Source: Octopus sinensis (taxonomy: Eukaryota). From it: DNA of 64,000 nt. The translations under genes and the position numbers were made by a program. The notes below the pieces were generated by a model. It was not told the origin of the DNA. It did not search any database and saw nothing but the letters and a program-made list of their open reading frames with translations. Positions 13,164 to 26,950 of the stretch are shown one piece after another. Every line of letters begins with the position of its first letter. The stretch's first letter is position 1. The DNA is taken from the NCBI RefSeq assembly GCF_006345805.1, contig NC_042998.1, positions 125,612,001-125,676,000 of the forward strand, written 5' to 3'.

Positions 13164-14269
13164 AACTTTGTTTATTCCTAATCACTGCTTGGCACTGATG
13201 CTGTTATATAAATAGTTACATATCATAAGTAATATTTTCAGATGATAAAGTACCTGTTTCAGACATCAAGGTGAACTAAAGCAATGCAGAATAAAGTGAT
13301 CTTGTAAAGACAATTTGGGGATGCTATCCAAGAAGTCTGACATCACAAAGGAAAGGAGAAATTTATCTGAAAGATAAAGATAAATTTCACATGTAGACAC
13401 ATTGGATCCATATACATTTTGAAGGGTCTAAGAACTGTTGACATTTTTACATTTACCATATGTTCACCTTTGAACTATTGTTTAGAGAAAGGGACCTTAA
13501 TGGGTTATGGATCAGTGCTTGAAGTTTATTAAATTATATATACATTCTATTTCAAAAGATTTTTTTTTAAATAACAATTTATTATGAATTAATTGTCAAT
13601 ACAACTGTCATTGTTATTATTGGCACTCCATTCTTTTCATTGTATATATTTTTATAGCATGAGAATGAAGAGAATATAAGTGAATTCTGTTGGAATTTTT
13701 TTTTTCTTTTCACAAACAGCTTTATTTTGATTCTCTAATTATAAATCATTAAAAACAGGGCCCTGTATTGTTCTTAAATGTTTCATCACAAAACTAAAAA
13801 CATAATGTTGAATAACTTTTTTAAATTAATTCTTTTGCCCAACAATGGAATTTTATCGTGTGGAAACAGAGCTTAGTGATGGTTCTACAGTAAAGAAGGT
13901 GAAACCATCTTTTATGAGATACAAAAAAGAGAGGGTGTTATTTAAAATTCTGTAAATCCATATCTCAATAGACACAGAAAAGTATATATATTCTTTAAAA
14001 AGTTCAGCCTTGTCTTGTCAAGCACAAAAAAAAAAAGAACAGGATTATAAAACAAATTAGTCATAAGAATTATACAAATGAAAACTTCTAAGTCATTACT
14101 AAATAGTTGTCTTTTGTTTTTTTCTCATAATAAAAATGACTTACTTAGAAACAGAACTTTTTTTTTTATAATGGGAAATGAATTGGTGAATTGAATTAAT
14201 GTACAAAATCTGTCCAAAAAGAAACCAGATATTTTAAAAACTAAAGTTAATGTTTAATTTACAATTAAA

Positions 14270-15170
14270 TCAGATTTGTCTTCAAAATGGTTTCTTCCAC
14301 TGTTGACACATGGATCCTAATGTTTGTTTTGGAATGACTCCTAGAATACATTTTCAGAAACAGTGTGCAGTTCCTAGAGTAAATTTTCTTTGGTCTGTCT
14401 AAATTAGTGACCTTTCAGAGCAGATTTCAACTTCAGAGCCAGAAACAAATCCACAGAGGTCAGATCTGGACAGTATGGCAGCTAAAGGATAAGTGTCATC
14501 TAATGCTTTACTAAATAGTCATGAATAAGGAATGATACATGAACAGGTGCATTATCATGGTGTAGCATCCTGGTTTTGACAGTCTTTGTCTTAGCTCTCA
14601 TCCTAAGTCTTTCTCAAACACCTCAAGACATCAAAATAAAACGTTCAAAGGTTTGACCACTCGATATAAACTTGTGCCAACCAAAAATGGAAAAAAATAG
14701 GCAACACTAACTTTGACTGACACTGAGTACTTTTTTTTTTTGGCTGTGGCAAGCATGATTCAAACCATAAACACAATTGTTTTTGATTTTAATAACATAG
14801 CTATACACCAACATTTTGTTACCTGTTATGACAGTCTTCAAGAAGTTTTCAACAGCATTTGAATGATCAAACAACTCCTGACAGACTGTGACTCATTTAT
14901 TGTTGTACTCACAAATTGTGTGACAGCATGCAACTTCAATTTATCCTTTAAATCTATAAGTTGTGAACTTTTTCAGATGCCAATTATTTTGGAATTTTCA
15001 TTCAAAGAGTGTCAGATAATGATTTCCATGGATAGATCACAACACAATTTCAAAATGTAATCATAGTCCATTGTCATAGAAGGTTGTCCAAATTTGGGAT
15101 TGACTTTGGTGGGTATTCCTCCCAATTTGAAACATTGTTACTATTCAGCACATTGTTCAAACAATCTATC
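14270..15170 (-). mobile_element. Degenerate mariner transposase
   Basis: Minus strand reads FLKTVITG.KMLVYSY, LHHDNAPVH, PYCPDLTSVDLFL.LKLKSALKG and CVNSGRNHFED (mariner D,D34D motifs), with stops. Confidence 0.9.
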
Positions 15171-15869
15171 CCATAAGCTTACTGCAACAGTAGAAATTTC
15201 ATCATCATTATCATTTAACATCCATTTCCATGCTGGCATGGACTGGACAGTTTGACAGGAGCTGGCTAGGCAGAAGACTGCGCCAGGCTTGACTGCATGT
15301 TTTGGTATGGGTTTTATGGCTGGATACCCTTCCCAATGGCAATCACTCCACAAAGTGGACTGAGTGCGTTTTATGTGGCACCAACACTGGTGAGGTCTGT
15401 TTTGGCATGTTTTTGCAGCTGGGTACCCTTCCAAATGCTTACCATTTTACAGTGTGGACTGGATGCTTTTACATGGTACCAGCACTGGTGGGGTCACCAA
15501 GTAACTTGCAAGACTTGGTGACCCCACCAAAAAAATTTCAGAAATTGAAACATAGCATCACTGAAACATGTTTCTCTTCCAAATTCTTTATTATCTAATT
15601 TGCAACAAATCGCCAAGTGCATTATACATATGCTCATACTAGCACACATTGTTCCAGAGCAAACTGACATTGCATGGTGTGACAGTTATTACATCAAAAG
15701 TCAAGGTCACCCATTCACAGCACTGCTATCACAAGCGTACTATACCAAAGTTTATCTCGGTAGGAACTGAAATCAAAATACAAAGAAATTCCACAAGAAA
15801 GTCTGTCCAATGCCCTAACAATTCTGCTTAACCACTATCCTTCAATAATTATAATAATAATTGTTTCAA

Positions 15870-16250
15870 ATTTAGACACAAAGACAGCAATTTTTGAGGA
15901 GACAATAACATCTGATTACATTGATCCCAGTACTAAACTAGCACTTTATTTTTTTTAACCCCAGAAGAATGAAAGGCAAAGTTATCCTTCATGGTATTTG
16001 AACTCTGAATACAAAAAGCTGGAACTTATACTGAAAAACATTTTTATATGACTAACAATTCTGGCAATCCACCATTCTAATAATAATTTCCAACATAGAT
16101 ACAAATCCTCAAATTTGGAGATAAGGGTACAGTCAAACCTATCCTATTACATGAGTAATGCCTTATTTTGATGACCCCAAAAAATGAAGATAAAGCTGAA
16201 TTTTATGCAATCTTAACTCAAAATGTAACGACACATAATTAAATACTGCA
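15870..16250 (-). mobile_element. Two decayed core-domain SINE copies
   Basis: Reverse complement contains gagttcaaat..actttgcctttcattctt..gggg..aaataaagtgc.ag core, which recurs at 23.1-24.9 kb and 30.4 kb. Confidence 0.6.
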
Positions 16251-16330
16251 AAGCATTTGCAGATGAGAGCAGTGGTGTTATCTTCATATGCACCATATTA
16301 GTTTTGTGAGAGAGGACAAAAGCTGTAGAG

Positions 16331-16558
16331 TTAACCCTTTAGCATTCAGATTAATCTGTCAAATGTACAGCCTGTTTAATCACATTGTTTTAAATTAATT
16401 GTACAGCATCTTGTAACTCTGAGATTTTGATGATGTCCTTGTTTATTTTTAGAATGACTTTGTAGGGTAGGTGTGAGAGGTCAGAGCTGGCTGGTTTGAG
16501 TATATAACAGGAAGACAATTTTGGCCTGGTATGGCCGGTTTAAATACTAAAGGGTTAA
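16331..16558 (+). mobile_element. piggyBac-type MITE (TTAA TSD)
   Basis: TTAA-CCCTTTAGCATT ... AATACTAAAGGG-TTAA; same family at 43645-43860 (reverse) and 60371-60598. Confidence 0.85.
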
Positions 16559-18036
16559 ATAACTGAACTCCAATATGGTACTAGCATTTATCTTCTTGAC
16601 CATGATGGAAGTGATGGAATATGTTTCAATGTATTGTCTTTTTTCTAGTGACCTCTAAAAAAAAAAAAAGCAAAGGCACATTTTATTTGAGATTATACCA
16701 AGTCTACAAAGCATTTAAATAATTTTCTTTAGTAAAATGAATGTTGCCCTCTATTCAAAGTTGTCAAATATCCAAGCATACCGAGTAATCATCTTGCAGA
16801 TTGTTTTACATTCAGAGAACTACATGGGAAACTTAAACCAGTTTTTCAATTGACAGATGGCCAACACTAAAGATCTCTGCGGAGTCACTGGAGAACCAGC
16901 TGACATATCAGTAGTTCATGTTCTGGCAACATTCAGGCAGAGTGCTCCCGGGAAAAACAACATTCAGAAACCGAATCATAAAAATACTTTATTTGCTTGC
17001 TCAGAACTTCTTAAGGACATTTGCTCAACCTGTGTACTTTCTGTTCCTTTTCTTTCTTTCTTTTTTTCATGTTACTGAGCCCATACTCTCATACTAAACA
17101 ATTTCTTGACCCTTCCACTTCAAAACTGCAACACTTAGAAGCTCTCACAATCCTCACATTTTTCCCAGCAGACATCTAAGTGAACAAGTTTAAGCTGAAC
17201 ATTAACTATCTGGACTTTTACAACATCAACAACAGCCTAGTATTCTAAACAGGGAAAATAACGTCTCTAAACTTGCTAATGCATGAAACACTGGAAATAA
17301 TCTCCAGTGCACAGCAGTAGTTTCTGGCAACAGCAAGTAAGAAAAAGAAAGAATGCAACAATGAAGAAATTGTAACACTTCCAGAAAATTTTCTGATAAC
17401 TATTTCCTGGTCAGACTAATTTCAGTATATCTCATGTCAGCCAAGACAACAATAGATAATTTAAAGTAACAGAAACAATAAAGTGTTTTCTTAAAAAATG
17501 TTGAAAACAGCAAGCCCTAATGCAGACAGGATCAGTTCTCCTTTGAGACAGAGTGTCCCTTCAATAGTCACAAGATGTTTTTTAGTGTGGATTGTCATCA
17601 AGATGTCTTTGTGAATTTCGTGAGTGCAAAAATGAATGGGAAATGTGTTAGCTAAGCGGTTAGTAATGACTGCCAAACTACACACACATGCATATACACA
17701 CACGCATATGCACACATGCATACACACATACATATGCACATTCTCAAAGTTCAGCTCTCTATTAATGACTCAAATAAGGATAAATTAATTAAAAAAACAT
17801 GACATGAAAATTAACTATATTATCTGAAATAGTTCTTTATCCCACCCATAGATCGTCATCACCAACAACAAAAATGGTGGCAGAAGCAGACAGTTCTGTG
17901 TTCACTTTACTCTCAACTTCTCTTTGCAAACAAAATATGCCTGAATTATCTAAATATCCAGTATCTAAAAAGTAATATATATTTTCTAAGCCACTTTGTC
18001 AATTAACAACAAAAAAAGATTTATAATCACACACAC

Positions 18037-18083
<47 letters not shown>

Positions 18084-18752
18084 ATAAAATGGAAAATGTG
18101 TGTGTGTGTGTACAGGCCTTTTTCTTGATCCCCCTTAACATCAATATTTTTCATCCAATTTTGTTCATGCTGGGAACATACATCACTTATGTTCCAGAGA
18201 TGGTCATAGATTCTTCAAATTTTCCACGAGTAATGCTGCCCCTAGGGGCCGAAAACACTTTCTCATAGGTAATTAACAAATACCAACGGTCATTACTTCA
18301 AGGGACATTACTCTTGATGATGTAGTTATGCTTCTCTCACTACGTCTGCTACTACAGTTTTTACAATGTCCATTCACTGCAAACTGCAGATATTTGCATG
18401 TTAGCACTTCTTTGAGGCAGTCATGCAATTTTCAATTTTTTAAATGCCTTCGGAAATTAATCCATATTATATATATTCTCTGCTTTTACTCGTACAAAGT
18501 TGTGATAGTTATACAGTTTTTACAATGCCCATTCACTGCAAACTGCCGATATTTGCACATTAGCACAAGGCTGTTCTTGCACCTACATACAAATGCAGCT
18601 TGGTTAATACAGAAAGTATTTTTACCTTGTTATAGTACAATTTTTAATATTTTACTTTTCACTGAGCAAGAAAAAGTATTAGACGAATTAAGTTTCACAT
18701 TGATTGTGAATATTAAGTTTCACATAGCAATGAAAGAGACATGGGCTGTGTC

Positions 18753-20544
18753 AGTACTAGGACAAAATCTCCCTGAGGACAAAATCCCCCAGGGCATTCT
18801 TCTTTCTTTACAATAAAAATATTTTAGGAAAGTGAAATTTTATAAAAAAATTTAAAATATTTATTAGTTGATATTTTTGTGTAAAATTTAGGAATAGATA
18901 TAGTAGCTGAGAAACTTCATATGAAAATGCCTAACATTTATTTAAAATCCTAAATTAAATGCAATGCCTCTAAGAAAATCTAAATATGTTGTTTCTTGGT
19001 ATTTTTGCTCAACTGATAAAATTCATGATGCTGCATCCTCATATTTCTTTCTTGGTGGTTTAGTAGTGATACCAACAATAATCTGAGTCATTTGAACATT
19101 TTGAAAGTTAATTTCTTGTTCTAAAATACTCATAAACTTCCAGATGACTGAATGGGAACACCTGGCAAATGATACAAAATGCCGGTGCCATCCTTCAAAA
19201 GAATTGTTTGAGTGATGAAGTTTAGTGTTTGTTCTTGTGTGCATATTCCAAAGAGATGTGTTAAATGTTGGTTCTCAGCATCCTCATCGACATGGCTTGC
19301 CAATATAAGAATCTTTGCAGTAATCCAAAACTGGCAAAGCTTCTTCTGACATAATATCATAGAGCTTTGCAAAAGCTGCCTGAACAGATTCAGGAGGTAT
19401 AAAGGCAAAGGCTGCTATTATTCTAATTTTGAGAGAAAAGTCAGTATTGTCTTGATAATGCTTTTGAAAGCCAAACCCCTGTGTTTTCCTATATATATTT
19501 TGACACAAATAAAAGAAGCAACCTTTAACATCAGTTTCAAGAAAGTGCACAAATAAAGTATTTGGCATTCCTTTTCAAAATCTATCACTGCACTCACAGG
19601 GGCGCAATTTGCTAAGTTCTTTACTTCCTGTATTAATTTGTTACAAGTTATCTTGTCCAGTAAGAGTTCATATATGCAGGGCATAGTGTGTTAATCTACT
19701 ATGGCATGTATCATATACAACTGGCTAAAAATTTCAGGAACTACTTTAAATGTTCCATCAAGACATCAATGAGGAGAATTTTTTAGAAATTCTATGCTTT
19801 TAGCCATTCCAAATATCAAAATCCTCTTACTATCAAATGTTGAATCATGCAACAAAAAATTTTCCCCATTGGCTTTTTTACACAGTTTTCAGGTATAAGA
19901 TCTTGAGTACATGATGGCAACGGTAAACAGTTCCTTTTCTTCTATAGCGTCTTACATCTTGTCAAAAGATATGGAAGTAAGGTATTTCTGTAGCTACCTC
20001 TTCCGATATAGATGTACAAACTTTGGCAATGATTTGTTGTATAGCCTCTTCAGTTTCTGTAGTATGTTTTTTAATTTCTTGAAACACTTTTGCAGCTCCA
20101 CACTTTGGTGTATCTGGTGTGCATGTGTGACTATATAATTGTTTGATAATCTCACCTTGCTGCAATTTTTACCTTTGCTTTACATGATGCCTTAGACCTC
20201 TGTCATTCACATTCATAAGATACCCCACCATTTGCCAAATCTTCCTGCTTTACATAAATATATCCCTCACAAAATAATTCCAACTTCCTTTTGTTACACT
20301 TCACTAGCTCCATCTTCTAAGGGTGGAAGTTAAGTGGATTTATAAAAAAAAATATTCTTCACTGCCTTGAGGACAACAATATAAGTCATAAAAAATAAAT
20401 AAAACAAGCAAGCGACTGTACTACTATTTTAGTAAGAAGTTAAAAAAAAAGAAAAAGCAATTCATCAATTTATAACAATCAAGGTAATTCATCAATATTT
20501 CTGTGGTGTAATATTAACCACTGGGGGATTTTTGTCCTAATACC
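18753..20544 (-). mobile_element. Mutator-like (MULE) DNA transposon with decayed transposase, TIRs and 10-bp TSD
   Basis: Fragments PCIYELL.DK..VIDFEK, KGCFFYLCQNIYRK..IRIIAAFAFIP..VLDYCKDSYIG and NNSFEGWHRHF..HSVIWKF; TIRs agtactaggacaaaatc / gatttttgtcctaatacc; TSD gggctgtgtc (18743-18752) / gggctgtatc (20545-20554). Confidence 0.9.
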
Positions 20545-21200
20545 GGGCTGTATCTCCTAAGGATATGTGAAGATTTGAAAGAAATGAAACCAGTATGCTT
20601 TGCTGGGTGGGTAATATCAGTGTGCATATTTGACAGAGTGTAAGGAATTTGAGAGAAAAACTGAGTATAAGAGGCATCAGATGTAGTGTGCAAGAGAGAA
20701 GACTGTGCTGGTATGGCCATGTAATGCATATGAATGAAGATAGCTGCATCAAGAGATGCTGATCTCAAATTGTAAGGGGAACATGTGGAAGGGGTGGGCC
20801 CAGGAAGATGTAAGACAAAGTGGTGAGAAAGGATCTACAGACATTGGGACTAACAGAGGGGATGACTGAGACTCCTGGCAGTTTGCTATACTTGAAAAGG
20901 CACATCTATCAAAGTAGAAGTGTGGTTGCTATTACATACAGGCTCATCCCCTGCAACCCACTCCAGCTGAGCATTCCTAATCTCATGAGCTTGTAGATGC
21001 TTGTGCCACATAAAAAGCATCCATGCTTGTGCTGCATAAAAGCACCCAATACACTCTCTGTAAAGTGTTTTAGGTTAGGAAAGGTATCCAGCCATAGAAA
21101 CTGTGTCAAAACAGACAGGGAGCCTGAACAGTCTTTCAGCTGGTTGGATGTCAAGCAGTCCAACCCATGCCAGTATGGAAAACAGATCTTAAATAATGAT
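20545..21200 (+). mobile_element. RTE LINE C-terminal end and 3' UTR (interrupted by the MULE)
   Basis: LREKLSIRGIRCSVQERRLCWYGHVMHM..GRGGPRK; the left remainder is at ~18725-18752. Confidence 0.85.
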
Positions 21201-21201
21201 T

Positions 21202-21206
<5 letters not shown>

Positions 21207-21257
<51 letters not shown>
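21207..21257. repeat. (TA)n microsatellite, representative of many (TA)n, (CA)n and (GA)n tracts in the window
   Basis: Direct reading; others include 3305-3341, 3775-3811, 46068-46110, 47593-47627 and 63628-63659. Confidence 0.95.
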
Positions 21258-21261
<4 letters not shown>

Positions 21262-21476
21262 GCAGTGTCTATGGTGATGTATGCATTGACATTTCTGTAA
21301 CTCATAGACCAGTACATGCATGTATTTACAGGTATGAAGTTACACACATTATGGTAAAGTTTCTGATTTTTATACAAGCATACTATGATTTTCAAACACA
21401 TACACACAGAATATATATATATATATATATATATATATCCAGAAATATTTAAGAGTTACGGAATGGAGTAGATAAG

Positions 21477-21572
21477 ATCTGGGCTACATATGTTTCATAA
21501 TGAGCGGAACCTCAGAAGTGGTAAATATCCAAATGAGGTGTACACCACAGGCTACTCTTCAGGCAAAGGATA
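21477..21572 (-). ncRNA. Partly decayed type I hammerhead ribozyme with enlarged stem-loop II
   Basis: gc-CUGAAGA-GUAG[~51 nt]UUAU-GAAA-C-AUAU-G-UA-gc; palindromic stem III ACAUAUGU; stem I weak. Confidence 0.5.
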
Positions 21573-22166
21573 TCTTGATTAAATGAAAGTTTACCTTGTC
21601 ACAAGGAGGTACATGTTAACACATGGAAGATTCAATCAGAATGTATAGAAAGCACAGTAGGAGAGGAGAATATAAATCTAAAGAAAAATAAGTATTAAAA
21701 GAAGAAAATATAAGGGAGTGATTTTGTTTGGGACTTGAAACTGGAGCAGTGGTTGCTCGCTCTAGCTTTGAAGGTGGTGCTACATGAGCCAATATATATG
21801 TAGTTATAGTAGCTTTTACGATTCTTCTCCCTTCTTTTTTGCTTTCTTCATGCATATATATTTTTCTCCCCCTTGATCAAAAATATCTCCATACCCTCTA
21901 TCCTCCACATTTTCTTCTTTTCAAATATCACTCCCCTTGCTAATTTCTGTGATTCAGCCAAAACAGCCCTACTGAATACTACTGATCAAATGAACTTGCT
22001 TAAATTCCTCATCCCACTCACTCCCTTATATTTTCTTCTTTTAACACTTATTTCTCTCTAGATTTATATTCTCCTCTCCTACTGTGCTTTCTACACATTA
22101 TGATTGAATCTTCTATGCGTTAACATGTACCTCCTTGCGACAAGGTAAACTTTCATTTAATCAAGA

Positions 22167-22262
22167 TATCCTTGGTCTGAAGAGTAGCCTGCAGTATACA
22201 TCTTACTTGGATATTTACCACTTCTGAGGTTCCGCTCACTATGAAATATATCTAGCCTGGAT
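22167..22262 (+). ncRNA. Partly decayed type I hammerhead (mirror copy)
   Basis: aucc-uu-ggu-CUGAAGA-GUAG[~51 nt]CUAU-GAAA-UAUAUC-UA-gcc-u-ggau; stem III broken at 15.2/16.2. Confidence 0.4.
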
Positions 22263-23099
22263 CTTATCTACTCTATTCTGCAACTCTTGTATTCTTATTT
22301 GCACACCTGGCAACCCTAGTCACCTACCGTGAAATATAAAAAGAACTTTTTTCAGTTTATCATACTTCGATATGAAAAAAATCTACAACCTTGTCACAAT
22401 AGACCACTTATTGTCTCTGAAAGTTGTTTTTTTATATTTACTATGGATTGCTTGAAGCTAACTTTCTTCCTACATCTCGATTCCTGGATCTTATATATAT
22501 ATATATATATATATATAGTCAAAGCTGAGCCTCCCTTCTATTGCAACTCTTAGTTTTATACTTCTATTGGAGAGATTGAGAGAGATGCAATAATGTAAAT
22601 GAGCAAATAAAATTGGATATTTGAAAGATGAAGACCAGGAAATATATTTTCCCAAAAACTGAATTCCGTTAAAAGATGTTAAAAAAAAAAAAAAATGGAA
22701 AAATTTTGCACAACAGGAAATGTAATTTGTAAATGATATTGTGCTTAAAAAAAAGGAGAGACAAAGACATATAGAGACAAAACAGTAGACAAAAAACAAA
22801 CAGTGAAAGGAAGGCAAGGGTTACAAATTCCATTTCCAAAGACTATGCCTACATGAATGAATGCTTAATTATGATTTTTTTAAAAAAATTATTTCATTTA
22901 TTATTCTTTTTCTTTTACCATGTCACTAGATACTTGGATTTTAGTTTAACTTGTACCACATTCATAATAACATCTGTTAATTCTTTTCACACCTTTATTA
23001 ACATGAGGAATCATCTGGATCAATTTTTAGTAGATACTAAATTTTAAGCATTGCATAAAACAAGCTATTTTAATACATATATCATTGTTTTTATTGGTT

Positions 23100-24850
23100 A
23101 GCCAAGAGGAAAAGCCCTGTTCATTACCATTTTTGAGGTCTTTAAGAGAGATGGGTGGAGGTTAGAATAATTATCCTGAAACCAGAGATGATGATATTAA
23201 ATCAGAAGATGGATTGCTTTTACAACCCAAGTAGGCCATGGCAGAATTTGAACTCAGAATGCAGAGTTGGAATAAATACAAGGCATTCTATCCTTTCTGA
23301 AGACGAAGATTGTAATTTTGAGATGTAGCTATTTGTAAATGAAGGAATATAGTAATGGTAGCAGCAGTTTGATGCTTTTTTAAACAATAATTACAATAAT
23401 TCTTTCTAACTGACATTGCCAGATAATGGCGGAGAAAGGATATAGTTGATTCAACCAACTCTTGTACTAGACTAGTACTTATTTTATTGGCTCCAAAAGG
23501 ATGAAAGGTTAAGTTGATCTCAGTGTAATTTAAGCTCAGAATGTAAAGGAACATAACTAAATACCACAAGGCATTTTGTCTAATTTTCAACTGATTCTAC
23601 CAGCCATTTCTCTTAATCATATTTGTACTTGATTAAATATAGTTGTATGTAAGTTAAGTGATGAAGTGTAAATAATGGTTGTTATGGTAGTGGTGATGAT
23701 AAGGAAGATGGTGTATTGATTTCTTTTGAATGTTAATCATAATAATAATGGTTTCAAATTTTGCCACAAGAGCAGCCACTTGGGGGGAGGGAATGAGTCA
23801 ATTACATCAACCCTAGTGTTTCACTGGTATTTATTTTATCAACCCTGAAAGGATGAAAAGCTAAGTTGACCTCAGCAGAATTTGATAGTAGTTTCTGATT
23901 ATGGTACATGGCCTAAAATTTTAAAGAGAATTGGTTAGTTGATACCATCAACCCCACTATTTGACTGGTATTTTACTCCATCAACCCTGGAGGGATGAAA
24001 GACAAAATAATGACAATACTAATTATTACAGACACTCTTGGAGTGGTTGGCATCCAGCTGTTGAAACCTTGCTAGATCAGATTGGAGCTTGGTACAACCT
24101 ACTTGCTTGCCAGGCCTCAGTCAAACCATCCAACCCATGCCAGCATGGACAACGGATGTTAAACAATGATGATGATGATGAAAAATATATTTGAAATATT
24201 TATGATGGAATGTTAATATTCATGTTTTTGTTATATTATATTCAGTTTCCAGCTTCAGTTAGGAACTGAAACTGGATTGCAGACTTGGTTTCTTTAAATA
24301 AATCAGAGATTCATTGCCATACAATGAATTAATGACTGGCCTGTTTTACCGAATGCCAGACGGATGAAATACAAAGCTTATCCCAGTAGGATGTGAATCA
24401 ACAATAAAGTATATACATGAGGTTAGGAGTAATGTGTTTGTTTTTCTTTGTCATTCATTCTACAATCTCAGTCATGTTGCTATAATTTTAGTTTCATTGC
24501 CAGCGTTTGTATCATCCACATATGTATCATCATTATCATTATCATGAAGTAAACACTGCTCTATCAGAAACTTATCACAATAATATCAGTACAATACCAA
24601 ACAGAAAAAACAATGGAAATGGAGTGACCTAAGAACATTATGTATATATATTCAAAACTCATGCATGCATGCACACACAATACTAACAATAATTTTTAAC
24701 ATAGACTCAAAGTCAGAAATTTGGGGGTGAGAAGGTTGATTAAGTCAATCCCAATACTTGACTGATACTTTATTTTATCAACTTGAGATGGAAGAAAAGC
24801 AAAGTTAATCTTAGCAGGATTTGAACTCAAAACAAATACTGCGAGGCACT
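23100..24850 (-). mobile_element. Cluster of ~5 decayed core-SINE copies plus a LINE tail
   Basis: Repeated tggtacttattttat..accc..aaaggatgaaag..aagttgacctcag..gaatttgaactc motifs, all in the same orientation. Confidence 0.6.
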
Positions 24851-26214
24851 TTTTCTGATGTGCTAAGGATTATGAGAAACAACAACTTTATTTGAAACTC
24901 AATGAACAAGGAGATGAAAAACTAAGTTAACTTATAGGTGCATTCATGATTGTGTAGTCACCAAGTTTGTTTCACAACCACATGGTTCACAGGTTTGATT
25001 TCACTTCATGGCACCTTGTACAAATGTCTTTAACCGTACCCTCAGATTGTAAGTGGAAAGAAATTCAGAAATTGTATGAGAGGTCATAGTATATACTCAT
25101 ATGCAAATAACTTTCACCAATGAATATCAGCAACAATACAGGTAAACTGGAGCTTTCAGACAAAAACCTTGAATTATTTCTTTCATTGAGTTGCAAACCA
25201 GCCTATTTTACTGAATGTTACAATGACAGAAACAGAGCTTTTTCCAGCAGAATATGAATCAGCAATAAAATATTTACATAATGTTAGGAACAACATGTTT
25301 GTTGTTCTCTTTCAGCGACTCTGTAATCACATTCAATGTTTCTATGATTTAACTTTCATTCCCAGTGTAATATATCGGCACATATCATTACTATATTATA
25401 TATCTGCTCTTCACAGCTGCATGGGGTGGATGGATCATAATAGACTGAATTAGCCCTTATTTGGAGTTACTACCTTCTTAAACTGATTAGTGACAAAGTC
25501 ACACTTGATTGCACTAGTTTTGGTATGGTTTCAATAACTGGATACTTCCAGCCGCCAACAACTTCACAGAGTGTACTGAGTGCATTTTATTGTGACACCA
25601 ACACTGGAGAGGTTGTCTTGTTCCCAACAAGGCTAAAGAGTTATTTGTATCCCACATTGTTTTCATCCATTTATCAATATAAGGTTATTTTATTCCTAGT
25701 AAACAGAAAAGAGAGTGCTGTGAGAGCAAAAGCAAGAGGGCAACAGAGAATAATAAAAGAGAACTAAAAGATAAAGGAGGAGAAAATGAAGGAAGAGAAA
25801 GTGATGGCTAACAATACAGAAGGGGTAATGCTAAGGGGGAGAGTGAATGTATATGGACTGATTCAATGCTATCCCTCAACAGACAGGCATTCAATATCTG
25901 TGTGAGTGTGCGTGTGAATGCATTCATACATACAAGTACACAGAATAAGTGCTGTAACAATAAAACAAAGCGGGTCGGCATCAAAATGGGAATCCAGCTA
26001 TAAATATAGCCTCAAGAAGTCTAGCCTAAACCCATACTAGAATGGAGAAGTGGACATATTATTGATGATGGTGATGATATATATATAAATAAATATGCAT
26101 ATGATGGACTCTCCTATAAAAGACAACATGTGCTGAACAACCAGCACAAATAATTTGTTTATAGTGATCAAATGTATGTGCCATACATTAGATCACTCCC
26201 TCCATCAAATTGAC

Positions 26215-26950
26215 ATTGTCCAAACAGGTGCATGGTGTATCACATATCAGATGGCTGCACCAGACTCCAATCTGATCTGGCAGAGTTTCTACAGCTTGAT
26301 GTCCTTTCTAACGCCAGCCACTCCGAGAGTGTAGTGGGTGCTTTTATGTGCCACTGGCACGAGGGCCAGTCAGGTGGTAGTGGCAACAGCCATGCTTGAA
26401 TGGTGTTTTTTACATGCCACCTGCACAGGAGCCAGTCCAGCAACACTGGCAACAATCACGCTCAGATGGTGCTATTAGCGTTACACTAGCACGGATGCCA
26501 GTCAGGTGATGCTGTCATTGGCCACGTCAATGAATTTGATTTCGATTTCACTTGCCTCAACAGGTCTTCGTAAGCAGAGTTTAGCATCCAATGAAAGAAA
26601 GGTATGCATAAATGGGCTGGTTACACCACTGGCATAGGCCATGGGTTATGGTCTCACTTGGCTTGCCGGGTCTTCTCAAGCACAGCATATTTCTAAAGGT
26701 CTTGGTCACTAGTCATTGCCTGGGTGAGGCCTAATGTTCAAAGGTTGTGCTTCACCACCTCTTCCACAGGTTCCCTCAACTGCTAGGGTGTGACACTTTT
26801 TCACACAGCTATCCTCATCCATTCTCACCACATGACCATACCAGCACAGTCATCTCTCTTGCACACCACATCTGATTCTTCTTAGGTACAACTTTTCTCT
26901 CAAGGCACTTACACTCTGTCGTATATGCACACTGACATTACACATCCAGT
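26215..26950 (-). mobile_element. RTE LINE 3' end
   Basis: ORF 26850..27053 NVSVHIRQSVSALREKLYLRRIRCGVQER; gtgccac-type 3' UTR repeats. Confidence 0.85.

Larger units (their letters stand above)
21451..22288. repeat. Inverted repeat: 271-bp arms (21451-21721, 22018-22288) with a ~296-bp spacer; probable Penelope-like pLTR origin
   Basis: Arms align throughout (aagagttacggaatggagtagataagat / atcttatctactctattctgcaactctt); each arm carries a hammerhead-like motif. Confidence 0.9.

Noticed and set aside
18237-18248. Perfect palindrome gcccctaggggc, possible Helitron 3' hairpin or hammerhead stem II
   Set aside because: No CTRR terminus at the expected spacing and no hammerhead core upstream
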